Positions 50,401 to 63,119 of a stretch of DNA of 64,000 bases are shown in pieces. Made by a program: the position numbers and the translations under genes. The stretch comes from Lingula anatina (taxonomy: Eukaryota; Animalia; Brachiopoda). The stretch is from NCBI GenBank assembly GCA_051362555.1, contig CM120640.1, positions 71,092,788 through 71,156,787 of the forward strand, in the 5' to 3' direction. A model generated the notes under the pieces. It was not told the DNA's origin. It ran no database searches and saw nothing but the letters and a program-made list of their open reading frames with translations. The first letter of the stretch is position 1; each line of letters opens with the position of its first letter.

Positions 50401-52869
50401 AATAGTTTTATTCAGAAAGTTTCTGGACTCTAAACCACAAAAATATTGCGTCGGTTTCTCCCCCTCGTCAACCCATTGTGCGCGTGATCTTATCATGCTT
50501 CCCCGTAGTTTCTCTTTCCTTAATGTTTCTAGTGATTGTATTTTTTCTTCCAAGATGCCATTATGTACTAAATTTCCTGCGTCATTGTCATCTTTAAGTT
50601 TTTGTATCTCATCAATAAGTTCCTTTTCCTTCTTATTCTTATCTTTTTTCTTAGCACTAGCATGTGATATAGTTACCCCCCTTATTTCCATTAGTAGTAC
50701 TTCCAAAAATAGGCTATCGGATATGGATAATTGCAGGTCTTCTTCTGGAATACAATCAATTATGGATACTTTATACAAGATATTGGCATATTGATTTTTT
50801 ATTCTTTTAATGGTTAGTTTTACTTTGTCAACAAACTCTCTGTCGGTTAGAAGAGAACAATTGAATTTCCACAGACCGGGTCCCCTAACGAAATCATTAA
50901 ATTTTAATTCTAAGACAACTGACGAGTGATCTGATTTGTAACCCGCTTTAATTGAGATATCCGTGACAAGATTTGAGAGGTTATTTGATATTAGTATATA
51001 ATCAAGCCTACCATGTTTAACTGGGTTCTTTTTGTGCCATGTGTATGCTCTTTTGGAAGGATTTATAACTCTGTAGTAATCTACCAGATCCAATTCATCC
51101 ATAGTTTCAATTAATTTTTTTCTAGCTCTTGGGTTATTATTCCTATTGTAATTAAAAGTATCTAAAATTGGATCCATTGCGATATTAAGATCTCCACACA
51201 CTATAATGTTTGTATTTGCAAATTCAAGTATGGATTCCCTAACCTTATCAAAGAATTCTGGATAATCCTCATTTGGACCATAAATGTTTAATAGCGTGAC
51301 TCGACAGTCATTAATAGTTAAGTCTACAACGAGTAAGTTACCTTTATCATCTTGTGTTTTTTTATGCACAACTAACTCAAAATTGTTGTTAAAAAGAATT
51401 GCAACTCCCCTACAATTTGAGCGGTATGAATTAAAGATACAAGTATAGCCCCATTGTGTTTCAATATAGGGCTCTAGCTTTGTTGTGAAGTGCGTATCCT
51501 GAAGACATATCACTGAATATTTTCTCCCTTTATAATAATTCAAAACGTCTTTTCTCTTCTCTGGGTTACCTAGTCCTTGACAATTTACTGTGGCGATTTT
51601 AATCATTTGGAGTGGAAGGAAAAAATATAAGAAGCTGATTTTCTAACCTAACCTGTGGCTTTCCACTTATCATGTTGTCCTTGAAAGTCACGGTGTTACC
51701 AATGACGACGGCAGACACAAATAACAGTTATAGTATGTGCAGACACATCTGTGTCTGTACAAAGAACAGCAAGTGTAATGCAGGAGCCACACACACCAAA
51801 AGTTATACACATGTTCTCCTCCCACACAGACAACATCCATCCTCGCGATCTCATTCACACTAGTACTTCCTATTTCTATAGTCTTAAGTAGCTTGTCTTT
51901 CCTCAGGTATTCACACACATCATCCACGGATTCACTGACAAAAGATTTCCACACTGATGCGCTGAGAACAACTGATGCGCAGAGAGCAATATACATGAAT
52001 AGAATTTCATAATTGTGTGCTCTTGTGCCAAGCATTTACTCTCTAATAGTACCACTTCGGCAAACATTTAGTCTATGTGATTAGACATGAAGCACACCTT
52101 TTCTCTGTATTTGTCGTGGATGTAGAAAACATTATAATAGCAATAAGGATAATACTAAAGATAATTGGAAATAAAACAGAATTCCTTATTTACATCCTAT
52201 ATGCCTAATTACCACTTTTTACGTTACATGTATGATTTCTATGTATTAAATCTACAGAGATCCTAATTATATATTACTTTTTTTGCACTATTCTGTACAA
52301 ATTAAGACATGAGATGTATCGTTTCAATCAATTTTGCTTGCATCAACATTATAGTGTTAAGGTTTTAGTGACGAATTTTTGTTCCAATGTCGTCCCCGAT
52401 GTCGAATTTTTTCTTGCCTTCCTTGCCGTTAATCTTGGCATATATACTGCCATTAAAATACCACGCACTTTCACATTCCGGATGGTCATTCAGCAATTTA
52501 AGTAGATCCTTGTTTTCTTTTGTAACATCGTCTGCTAGCCTCAGGGCTCTGTCGGACCTTTTTAGCACACCCCTTTTGCGCATGATACGGGATTTTATCT
52601 CTGTGTTTTTTAACTTTAAGATGATCGGCCTGGGTTCCCCTGGTTTGCCGGGAATCCTGTGCACTGCCACAATATCATCGCCTTTCACCTCTTCCTGTAT
52701 CTTCTCTTTTAATGTTTTAATTACTAGGGCAGAAGTTGTCTGATCGCCCGATTCAGACTCCGGGATGCCATATATTTTTACATTGTTTTTTCGGCTGTAT
52801 TGTTCATTATGGTTGGCTTTTATCATTGCCGACGAAGCTACCTTGGCTGCCTCTTTCATCGCTCTGTTC
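47437..52869 (-). mobile_element. L1/Tx1-clade LINE, 5'-truncated in ORF1, with poly(A) tail and TSD
   Basis: T40 at 47437-47476; TSD ATTTTCTCAAATTTT at 47426-47440 and 52870-52884; ORF1 and ORF2 as listed separately. Confidence 0.95.
47778..51606 (-). CDS. LINE ORF2 (APE endonuclease, reverse transcriptase, CCHC), split by one +1 frameshift at about 49867-49870
   Basis: ATVNCQGL, CLQDTH, GDLN, RLDYIL, SDH; KSPGSDGF, WRPITLLN, IDFEKAFDS, GCRQGDP, QYADD; CGFC..EDLLHVFIQC. Removing one T from a minus-strand TTTT restores QSGFIPGRYLGDNIR. Confidence 0.93.
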
Positions 52870-52871
52870 AT
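52365..52871 (-). CDS. LINE ORF1 C-terminal part (L1-type RRM/CTD), 5'-truncated
   Basis: EQYSRKNNVKIYGIPE, AVHRIPG..PRPIILKL, LADDVT, AWYFNGSIY; the apparent ATG overlaps the TSD. Confidence 0.85.
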   Translation of the reverse strand: MNRAMKEAAKVASSAMIKANHNEQYSRKNNVKIYGIPESESGDQTTSALVIKTLKEKIQEEVKGDDIVAVHRIPGKPGEPRPIILKLKNTEIKSRIMRKRGVLKRSDRALRLADDVTKENKDLLKLLNDHPECESAWYFNGSIYAKINGKEGKKKFDIGDDIGTKIRH

Positions 52872-54884
52872 TTTCTCAAATTTTACATTATATATCTATT
52901 AGGCCAGGCACTCATACATCATAGGCCAATAGTCTCTTATTTCTACAGCAAATTGGGGTCATGTCGGTCTCCAGTAATGCCGGGACAGCTGGTCAGAGTG
53001 TCCACTTAAAAAAAGCAGGTGCTTCTAGACAAACACTGGCTTTGTTCTCTGGTACAATAATACATGCACCCCCCCCCCCCCCCCCCCCCCCCCCCAATTT
53101 TCTTACACTTTCAATATCCACCCACTTGGCTGATTTGAGATCATTCAATCAGCTTTTTAAACTTTAAAAAATTAATAGAATATACAGAATCAATAGACCT
53201 GAAGAGGAGGAGGTCAGTTATTATAGGCTGTTCTACCAGTGGATATTGCAGGCAGGATAAAGTATATTGTCATTTAAGTAATAATAGGTCAAAAGGTCAG
53301 TGGAAAAAAGTGCTGTGCTGACCACATGTCAGCAGCACCTGTCCATGGAAACAGAAAGAAAACCGTTAGGGAGAAAAAAATAAAACAAAAACCTAAACAG
53401 AGACACCACTTGCTAGTCATATGAAATAAAACTAATATCAAATGCTGAAATAGACATTAAATGTAATAAGGGGAAATAAGAGAACATTTTATGTTCGCCC
53501 ACAACTACAAGACAAAAAAGGAAACTAATAAGAAGACAATTATATTTTGCCAAGTAATAGGTATTAAAAAGAAATAAGGCCCTAATTATGTGTTTCTTGA
53601 TATCAGCAATAATGAAAATAAATTGGAAAAAAAATTATAATTGAACAGGCAATTTTGTTTATCTCAAACATAAATGAGCTGGGTGGTGCATTTAAAAAGA
53701 GTAAATTCTCTACCTTCCACTGATGACAGATGTTGGTGGGTTCTTGGTGTCCTAAGCCCCCCACAATTATCTTAATATGATAGTTTAAATATCCTATAAA
53801 GGGAGAGCCAATCTTTATCAGGAGGCACAGTACACAGTAATTCATTTTTAACATGATTTTTTTCCTTTAACTGACTTTGAAATGGAAATTAATGTTCAAA
53901 ATGAATAATATGTCTAGTGTATAGTTGAAGCACACACAGGAAGGACATTAGAGGCTGGGTTAACAGGAAGATCAACTAAAAACTCCAGTCCACATTTACT
54001 TTGCATTTAACTTTGTTACACTCCCCAGGCTTGACTGCCAAGAACACGGCAATAGCCCCTTGGCTGAGTCAGTTATGATGTTTTATTCCACAAAGTGATA
54101 CTATTTGGCCAGGAAAGAAATACAAAAACCCTGAATTGCACCACACCTATCATTTCATATAATAATTTATTTTACAGTGTAGAATACAGTGAAACCAAGA
54201 GTCTTGGTGTTTGATGTGTTTTCCATACTGCCATTCCTACCACTAACTAAACAAATTAAATAAATCTCCAACATCAAATTGCCTTTATCAAAATAAACAG
54301 TACTGAGAAAAAAGTAAAAATGATCTAGTCCTAAAAACAATTTCTACTGGGATTTTGCGGGCACACAAATATTTGCTTCACAGGAAATTCTCCTAGTGAA
54401 GCTAAAACCTACAGTAAAAAGTGAATAGTGTACAAAACATCTCCTGCTAATACCTGTACACCCTACAAATATAAATCTTTTCCAGTTCATTGAGTTTTAT
54501 GCTAGAATGCTGAGTACAGCCATCCAAAGTACATAAAGAAAGTTCATACTAGAGTCATCAGTAGAACTTCTTTACAGAAAGAAAATTGGTCAAAATAAAA
54601 TCTTGCCTTTTGAATTAAATAACTACATAAATCTTACTCTGTGCAACTTAACTCTAAGACAAAGCTTTAAGAGGATCAGTGGAAGTCATATACAACTATG
54701 AACTTTGATTTTTTTTGTTTCATTTAAATTAATGGCCTTGCTTGCTGTTCAATGACACTACTGTAATCCAAATTTTAAGTAAAGAAGCACCCTCTGAGCA
54801 GACGTACAATCGTGTAATTTCTGGCTTCAAAGCCTGGCCCATACAAATAAAGGGAATCTATCCATTCATCACTTCTATCACGGT

Positions 54885-55000
54885 GGGCCCTCTCAGCCAA
54901 TCAGATTGCAGCTCTCACACAGCGTGGCCCACGTTAAGAGTTGAAGTTCCACATGTCTCCAGTATAAAGCAGGCTGACCACTAACAGACACAGGGTAGGA
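54885..55000 (+). promoter_or_regulatory. Candidate promoter of the nested six-cysteine gene
   Basis: CCAAT at 54897 and TATAAA at 54963-54968, about 340 bp upstream of the ATG at 55307. Confidence 0.35.
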
Positions 55001-55306
55001 ACCAATGTGATGTCATTAAAAAATAATACATTAATATGATTTATTTATATATCTGACAGATGGGCCAATCCTGGCCCTGTACTGTGAAAGAGGTGTGAAA
55101 GAAAATAACAGCACTAACCAAAACCGCATAATGAGTCGAAGCATTCATTACCATTATACTGGGTCCTAGTTTATTTTCCTTCCTCCTTGGACCATCTGAC
55201 ATACCTAGGAGAGGAGTTATTCTGTTATAATTCCTGCCCACATGATATAATTTCAGATGGTGTAAAGAGGCGAGATCAGTGAGGCCAGTCAGTGAAGTTG
55301 AAGACA

Positions 55307-58300
55307 ATGTGTGTTAAGTCTGTGTTCTGGGCTCTGGCACTGGTGATTTTTATAAGAGGTGAGTTGGAATTAGAAGAGAAAATTATTGTGAAATTTTTTC
55401 TCACTTTTTTTAATCACTCATTTTTTTAAAAAATACTTTTTTGATTTATAATTACTCACCCATTCTTTACATACTAAATTTTGCACTGTATTTTTGTATC
55501 AAAGTTTTGAAATGAATTTACATCATAAAAAAACAATCTTTTTCAATTCATGTTGACAAATTCTGTGATAAACTAATTCAAGAATAAGGAGCACAAAAAT
55601 AGCTTTTAATCAAATGTGGCTTCCTGTTTTCCCATAATCTCACCATTAAAGCTCTGGAGAACAAAAAGTTAAAGGTTGGAGTAGGAAATACAATATTCAG
55701 TGTCTTGCATAAAACAGTAACATATATCATTCGGCTACAAATAGCCTCATTGTACGTGATATATTTGACAGTTCAAGGGAAATAGGTGCAATATGCATGT
55801 CCATAACAACCTTCACATAAAGGATGATTCTTGTGAGCCAGAATCAACAAAATTTTCTCTTAATATTCGCCACAAGGTGTGCATGAGGATAGGAAAGCAC
55901 CAGTAGGAGAACAGAAACTACCTCAAGTTATTTGGAAGTCGGGTCTAATTACTTCCTGATCTCTTTTCTGACATTTTGCTACAATAGTGCTAAGTTTGAA
56001 AAGAAATATTTACTGAGCTAAGTAAACTGATTTAAGTTACAAGAGCCAATTATAAGCACCTAATAACACTCAAATCAAATAAGTAATAATTACAGGTCCA
56101 TTTAACGCAACTAAATTCAAATAAAAGTCCCGTAAGTTTAGGACAATTAACAGAAATATACATAAATTTGTAATGAAAAAAAAAAAAAAAAAAAAAAAAA
56201 ACACTGGCTGGTGTAAAGCAAGATTAGGGATGAATCCAAAGATTCCTTTTAGTATCTACTGAGTAAAGAAGTACGGTAAAAACATAAAAATTTAGTTGAT
56301 CTTGAAAATTTTGTCCGAAGATGATTCTTTGCCAAAATAAATTTTTCTACTTAAAAAATTTTGTCAAGCTTTAAAATGGGCCTCTTGATAATTTTGAGGC
56401 TTGTTACATAATATGACCATGTTGGATTCATGCACTTAAAAATATCAATTTATTCTTAAGAGATGAAATTTTAAAGTTTTTACCGTAATGTACTTGACAA
56501 GTCTCTCAAGTTGAAAGGTTCCCGAGGGGGCAGTGTTATGTCAGGGCATGGTCAGGGTATCAAGTGACCACATGTTTTTAGTGTCCCAACAAAAACTGTC
56601 TCAAAGCCAGTTGTCACCTGATTCCTTCCCAATCATCCCTGCAATATCCATACTTGGGGCCCAGCTCATAGATGAGTGTGGCCAGGAGTGAGGATTTTCC
56701 ACTTCTCTACTCAGGGGTATTGTGTATTATCTGGCATTAACACACCATTACATATCAACTGGTCCATCTCCACTGCCTCCTGTACTTCATATAGTAAAGT
56801 AAAACAGTGGGGACTCGGCCAAATCCATGCAGTGATAATATTTAATCTTTACAGCATGGCTCACTGCCCCCTTCCCCTCTCTCTGGTCTATGTGCTACTG
56901 TCCTACAACAGGATAAGAGAGAGTCCTGTAAACCCTGCCTAACAACACATATGATACCTAATGGAATCATGTCCTGTCAAAAGAGAATGTTTTCATTCAA
57001 GTTTGGAATCAGTTTGTCTCCTTGGCTAAATACCTGACCTCTATATGACTTTGATCTCTGACAATACATCCCCCCACCCTTCTTACTTAAAAGACCCTAT
57101 TTCTGCTCCCTTTACTGATATGTTACACAATTCTATCCATTGATCAAGTATCAATTAGAAAAAAAAGCGTGAACTTTTAGCCCAACTTTTTGTCACGGCT
57201 CACAACCTTACCAAAACTGGGACCAACCAGAACTGTTCAACTGACTGATACTGACAGAGTTGGACCAAGTAGTAAAAACAGATAACATAGTTATATGCTT
57301 CAGAAATATTAAAAGATTTGACTCAATTTAGAAAAACTTTGAAAAATAAATTGATTAAAAAACAGCATGGGAAATACAAAGTTTTTCTTTTAGGAAAATG
57401 TTTAATTTTTTTCAACAACTTTTTAAAGCCTCAACACAATTTCTCTACAAATATCTTTAGTAAAAAATAAAAAAAAAAAAGAAAAACAATGAATAATTTT
57501 TTTTCAATATCTGAAATCAATCTAGAAAAGAAAAATAAAGGGTGATATAGTGGAACTTAATACATTTAAAAAGTTCTTTTTTTCTGTCACATGGCACAGC
57601 TGGTGTTTGATCTGCAGATCCATGTACACAACAAACAATAGAAATTTTACAGAGTCAAGTAATGCTTGGTCAAACATGTTCTGAAAGCAATTACCCAACA
57701 TAGATACTTGAGCAGAAACTTCCTATCCAGCAGCCAAATGTAGGGAAATCAGTTCCAAGCTATTACTCTGCAATGTCCTATGTAATTCTACTACAATGAC
57801 TGAAAGTTTTTCTCCTAAATCAAAATCTAGTACTGCCCCTACATAACGGCAGCAGATAGCATACACTGTCTTCAGCATTGTCTAAAACACCAAGAAAAAC
57901 AAAATTTTTACTGTATTTCATTTTTTTAAAATTAAAAGCCAAAACAAGTCTTTCCATTGATACTAAATATCATTCCCCACACGTCTCGTTAGAAAGAACA
58001 TCACATGACCAAAACAACATGTGACAAAAGATGCTAAACACAGTTTTTGCAATGTTGCCTTTAATCATTTTTTTCTTGTGCATATTTTAATATATTATAG
58101 CAAGCAAATGCAGAATTAAATGAGCCAAAAAGGTCACCACCTTTCCTTTTATTCACAAGGGTTACAATCACAAAAATATTCTTAATCTTGGAAGAGCTCC
58201 CAAAGAAAGCAAAATGAAAATAAATATTATGCTTGTAGTAGTTTCCACAAACAAATAAGCAAAAGCATGTAGAGGTTTTAATGTTTTTAATGTTGTAAAA

Positions 58301-61300
58301 ATGACCACTTTGTTACATTATCTGACATCTGAACTAAATTAAGTTGAAAAGTGCAGTAAATATATGTACAGAAGGCCAGTGTATCAATCAATCAATGCCT
58401 TTTAAGCACATTTACTTTGGTAACACAAGACCTATAGAAATCCATTCTAATCACTGTGCAGGTAAAATTACGGACTGAAGCTTACAAAATTTGAGGAAGA
58501 TGGGCACTTGGTTTCCCATATTTCATTTTCAATTGGACAATTCAATAAAGCAAATTAGATTTTGGTGAAAAGCTAAGCATCTAAAGGGCTGAAAGCCGCT
58601 TGGTTAAATTGAGTTAAACTCCCACTGGAAGACCTAGTTAATGCTTTCACCAGCCATGGCAGACATAAACTGCTCTGAAACTGACAGAAATGTTGAGCAA
58701 GTCTACACACCCTTGTCACATACTTGTACACTCCACTTGTAATATGTAAGAAAACAACCTTTCTGGGAACAAGAAGTCAAGATATAAATTTCAGAGTAAA
58801 CTTTTTTCATAAATATCAGTTTGAAGAAATGAAAACACTTTTTATGCAATTTAAAGTAATGTTGGTGCAGACAAAAAGTATGTTTTCTATCTCTTAGTAG
58901 TCAATTTGGATTGTTTGGCAAATAGTATGGGAAATTCAATAAAATTTTAAAAACAAAAAAGTCAGCATAATTTTTACTGATAAAGTATTAATTGAAAGTG
59001 TCTTAGTCAGATCCGCACACTTGAAACTATGTGTAATTAATATACAAAATAAACTATACAAAAGTCAGACAAAAATCATGATAATAAATTTTTTTTCAAA
59101 TTTCAGCTGAATCTACACAAGAATGTGATTGGACCCGTGCGCGCATGTGCTTTGATGGATTTCTCAGAGTTAACATGACCAGCATCATGCAGCCTCCCGT
59201 AGATATCGGCAGGTTATGTAGGTAAGAGTGGAGAGTATATTGTGGATACTGGCAGGTTATGTAGGTAAGAGTGGAGAGTATATTGTGGATACTGGCAGGT
59301 TATGTAGGTAAGAGTGGAGAGTATATTGTGGATACTGGCAGGTTATGTAGGTAAGAGTGGAGAGTATATTGTGGATACTGGCAGGTTATGTAGGTAAGAG
59401 TGGAGAGTATATTGTGGATACTGGCAGGTTATGTAGGTAAGAGTGGAGAGTATATTGTGGATACTGGCAGGTTATGTAGGTAAGAGTGGAGAGTATATTG
59501 TGGATACTGGCAGGTTATGTAGGTAAGAGTGGAGAGTATACTGTATTGTGGATACTGGCAGGTTATGTAGGTAAGAGTGGAGAGTATATTGTGGATACTG
59601 GCAGGTTATGTAGGTAAGTGTGGAGAGTATATTGTGGGTATTGGCAGGTTATGTAGGTAAGAGTGGAGAGTATATTGTGGATACTGACAGGTTATGTAGG
59701 TAAGAGTGGAGAGTATATTGTGGATATCGGCAGGTTATGTAGGTATAAGAAGGTGACATTATATATATGAAGGAAACACTGACATGAAGCAGATATTGCC
59801 TTGTTTTGACTGCCATTAGCTCTGCTGTGCTGTTGAAAGAGTCCTGCATACTAAGAGGCCCGCACTGGGATTTCTGAGAAAAGAGACCTAATTTGAGAAG
59901 AAAAATTGGCAGAACTTTTTGTGAGATATCGATTAATGTTAAATTTAGAAATCAGAACAAAGAAACATTTTTTGTATTATGTAACAAAGTGGTGAGGTAA
60001 GAAATCTTTTATAAAAAGCTGTTCATACTTACTAGATAATTATTACATGCTATAAAATATCAAAAATATCACTTTACTGCATAGATAATTATAATAGTAA
60101 TAATTCATTACCGTGCTGGTATCTTTTCATGTCAATTTATGTCAACAGATCATCTTTAACATAAATGCACTTAGTCCACTAATTAATATGTAACAAAGTG
60201 CAAATAGATATTGATACTGGTGATAATTTAAACACTTTTCCTAAAGCAGGTGTCTTTATGTTACGTTGTCTTTTTCTCCCAGAATTCTGCAGGCAACGCC
60301 ATAAATTCATCTGAACTTTCGTTAGCACCCATAATTCCCAGGATGCATGCCCAGCATGTGGTTTATAGCTTTTTTTATTGCATAATTCTCAATGGTGCAA
60401 TCAGGGGCAGGAGAAACAATGGCATTTATGACTTTGTTGACAACTTGTGCAGACTGTTGCCAAAATGGCCACCTATCTGATTACACACAAATGGCTCAAT
60501 CCCATTTGCAGATAAATTAGCATCATCTTCTGTAATGATTTGGCCTAGTTCCCTCTTGTATGAAAATTGGGAATTCAATCTGTAACAAGCTGTAAGTCAC
60601 ACAAATATATTAATGCTTATATAAATACTTTTTACAATTGAAGGGAAACTATACTGTTAAAAAGTATCTGTATATTCTGCCCCAACGATAAAACAAAATG
60701 CAGCTAGATCTCTTTAAATTTAAAGCTATTTAAAAAATACCTACTTTATATAAAATAAACCATTTAATTACCTACTTAGTTAAGTTTAATTGTTCATATT
60801 TGAAATATTAAATATTTTCAGTTTCATAATGATAAAACTGTACTTAACTTAGTAACATAATTATCCTGTTTCAAATCAAGTTTTACTGCTGTGTAATAAC
60901 ACGGTTATCTCACTGATGATGCCTGACCTCAGAAACCAAGAGCTATTCCTTATAAAACAATGCCATCAAAACAACAATGGGTCAGGCACTGCTTAGTACA
61001 AATACTTACAATGTATAAGCATATTATTAGCAAGTTCATTAGACTATAATGAAATTATTTGTACAGGTACCATAAAAACTTGCAGACAAGGTATATCCAT
61101 TCTATCACTTGACGCCACATAAGCTCCAAATATATTTGACTAAGTATGATTCTTAACTGTAATAACTTCTCTTCCTGATATCTTTGACAATAAGGAGGGA
61201 TTAACTTAACAAATCTCCCTTAACATAGTTCAGTGACTTTTAGCTTTATTCTGATTAATTACCTTGAGGTGACAATTCTTATAATTCACAAATCACTGTG

Positions 61301-63119
61301 TTTACTTGGGAATCACAGCTGAAGGAGCCAAAACATCCATCACATTACCAAGCAGCCAGATAAATTAACCATGGAATCACAAAGAGCTTACTTTAGCATC
61401 CATGTCATTCTCTGCTTGACACATCCTAATTGTTCTAATTATCATATTTTTAAAATGTATGAAGGGCTGGATTAAGGTGTGTAGTTGTCATGGTGGTGTT
61501 TTTTTTAAAAGAAAAATGTGTTTATTCATGTCACACAGCATATCTGGCACAGACTGTCAACATAGAGACTATTCAGAACGAGAAGAGTCGTCCCTGCAGG
61601 GGCACAGTAATTATATCTCGGCTCAAATGCGTGGGGAGCCGTGTGAGAGGCGGAGAGACCATTACAGGATTAAGCGGTCTTCCTTTCATGTAGGTCCGCT
61701 ATATTCAGGTCGTGGCCAAGCTAGCACTCGGCTCTTCTCATTCTGAATGGGGCCATAGAGATAGCTGAACATACATTGTGCAGTGATAACATCCAGTCAG
61801 TGGAATGTGTCTTCAGTGTCAAAGCACCTAGTTTACACCTGTGACAGGTATATTAAAGACAAGTTATGCAACTTTTAACACAAGGGGACTTGATACACGA
61901 ACTACAATGATGTGACAACCTTAAGTGATCACAGTTCCCTCATCCTCGGATCAAATGACACTCTTCTTCATTTAATGACTTAAAAATACCACAGTCAACA
62001 ATAAGTTGCTTATGAACAGATAAACACACCAAAACTTCTTACAATTTTCATTTATTAGCTCAAATAATGTGAATTAGCTCCACTAATGTGACTTTAAAAG
62101 GAAAAAGTTATCTACTTGTAACTTGAGATATCATATTACTCCTCAGTTTAATCTTCGGAATCTTCCACACCCGTTTTCTTAAATGCCATACCAGAAACAG
62201 CATAGCAAGTTGAGATACTGATTTAAGTCTACAAAAACCCTATGGACTTCTTAATCTATTTGAAAAAGACTGAGAAGATTAGAAGTTTCCAGTAAATCCC
62301 TTGAATTATACAATATGTGGTACTGCAAGTAGAATTTTGCTTGACTGTATCAACTGATGGTCTCTTGGGACAAGCAACTGAGAAAAAAAAGGAGCCATTG
62401 TTTTCTTCTCTTTTCTGTACACAGTCTGGAGCCATTGTTTTCTTCTCTTTTCTGTACACAGTCTGAAGTATAATTACAAAAGCGTTCTTATTTCTGTGGC
62501 TTTCTATTTCTCATAAACTCAGATTTTATTACATGACTTATTTCCACATGTATCCTGTGACTTCAACTTCTGGTAAAGCCAGTCTAATATCATGACACAA
62601 AATAGCATGAAGGAAGCCGATTACACTAATGCATTGTGACATATTAAATCATTTTTTCCTTTATTCAAAGGTTAACGTGTTTTTCATTTTATGTTGTATA
62701 AGATTCCTGACCACAATTCTAGTTTATGAAAACACTGTTATGGTACATATGCACCTTAAATTCTAAGTAACTGTTTTGATTCTAGTATTCTGGGCCTCTG
62801 GAAACAGCTTTGTTTTCAAATTATAAAGGATGATTTAATGCAGATTTCTATATCAAGTTTTCTTTTTCATTTTTTTTATTCTTATTTTAATGTCTGTTTC
62901 ACCTTATCATCCCAACGTGCAAAGTTAAGCTATTTCAAAATTTTAAAAACATTTGACAAAATCTCCTTGATTTCAGATTACTGCGTCAAATTCCAAACTC
63001 CTTACGTTGCTACCACCGTGCCACCTCGGAGTGCACGCCCCAACAGCTCCACCTGCTGGAGACAATGCCAAGACGCCTCCAGGGTATTGCAGATAACTAT
63101 CGTCTGCTCTGTGTGCAGG
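55307..63119 (+). CDS. Secreted six-cysteine helical-domain protein (neuritin/DUF19-like spacing), first three coding exons; continues beyond the window
   Basis: Exons 55307-55358 (MCVKSVFWALALVIFIR; AG|GTGAGT, phase 1), 59107-59221 (AESTQECDWTRARMCFDGFLRVNMTSIMQPPVDIGRLCR, phase 2) and 62977-63119 (LLRQIPNSLRCYHRATSECTPQQLHLLETMPRRLQGIADNYRLLCVQ; G|GTAAGT, phase 1). All three exons are preceded by tttcag acceptors. Confidence 0.82.
59202..59745. repeat. 43-bp minisatellite (about 12.5 units) spanning an exon 3' end and splice donor
   Basis: Unit gatactggcaggttatgtaggtaagagtggagagtatattgtg; 13 occurrences of ggttatgtagg between 59212 and 59743. Confidence 0.97.
62390..62466. repeat. 37-bp direct duplication
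   Basis: ggagccattgttttcttctcttttctgtacacagtct occurs twice. Confidence 0.9.

Noticed and set aside
49330-53167. Plus-strand ORFs over the LINE
   Set aside because: Antisense shadows of ORF1/ORF2 or poly-C artefacts.
61459-61746. ORFs 61459-61746 and 61490-61693 as exons of the nested gene
   Set aside because: No donor in a usable phase without an in-frame stop, and the 59221->62977 join already completes the domain.
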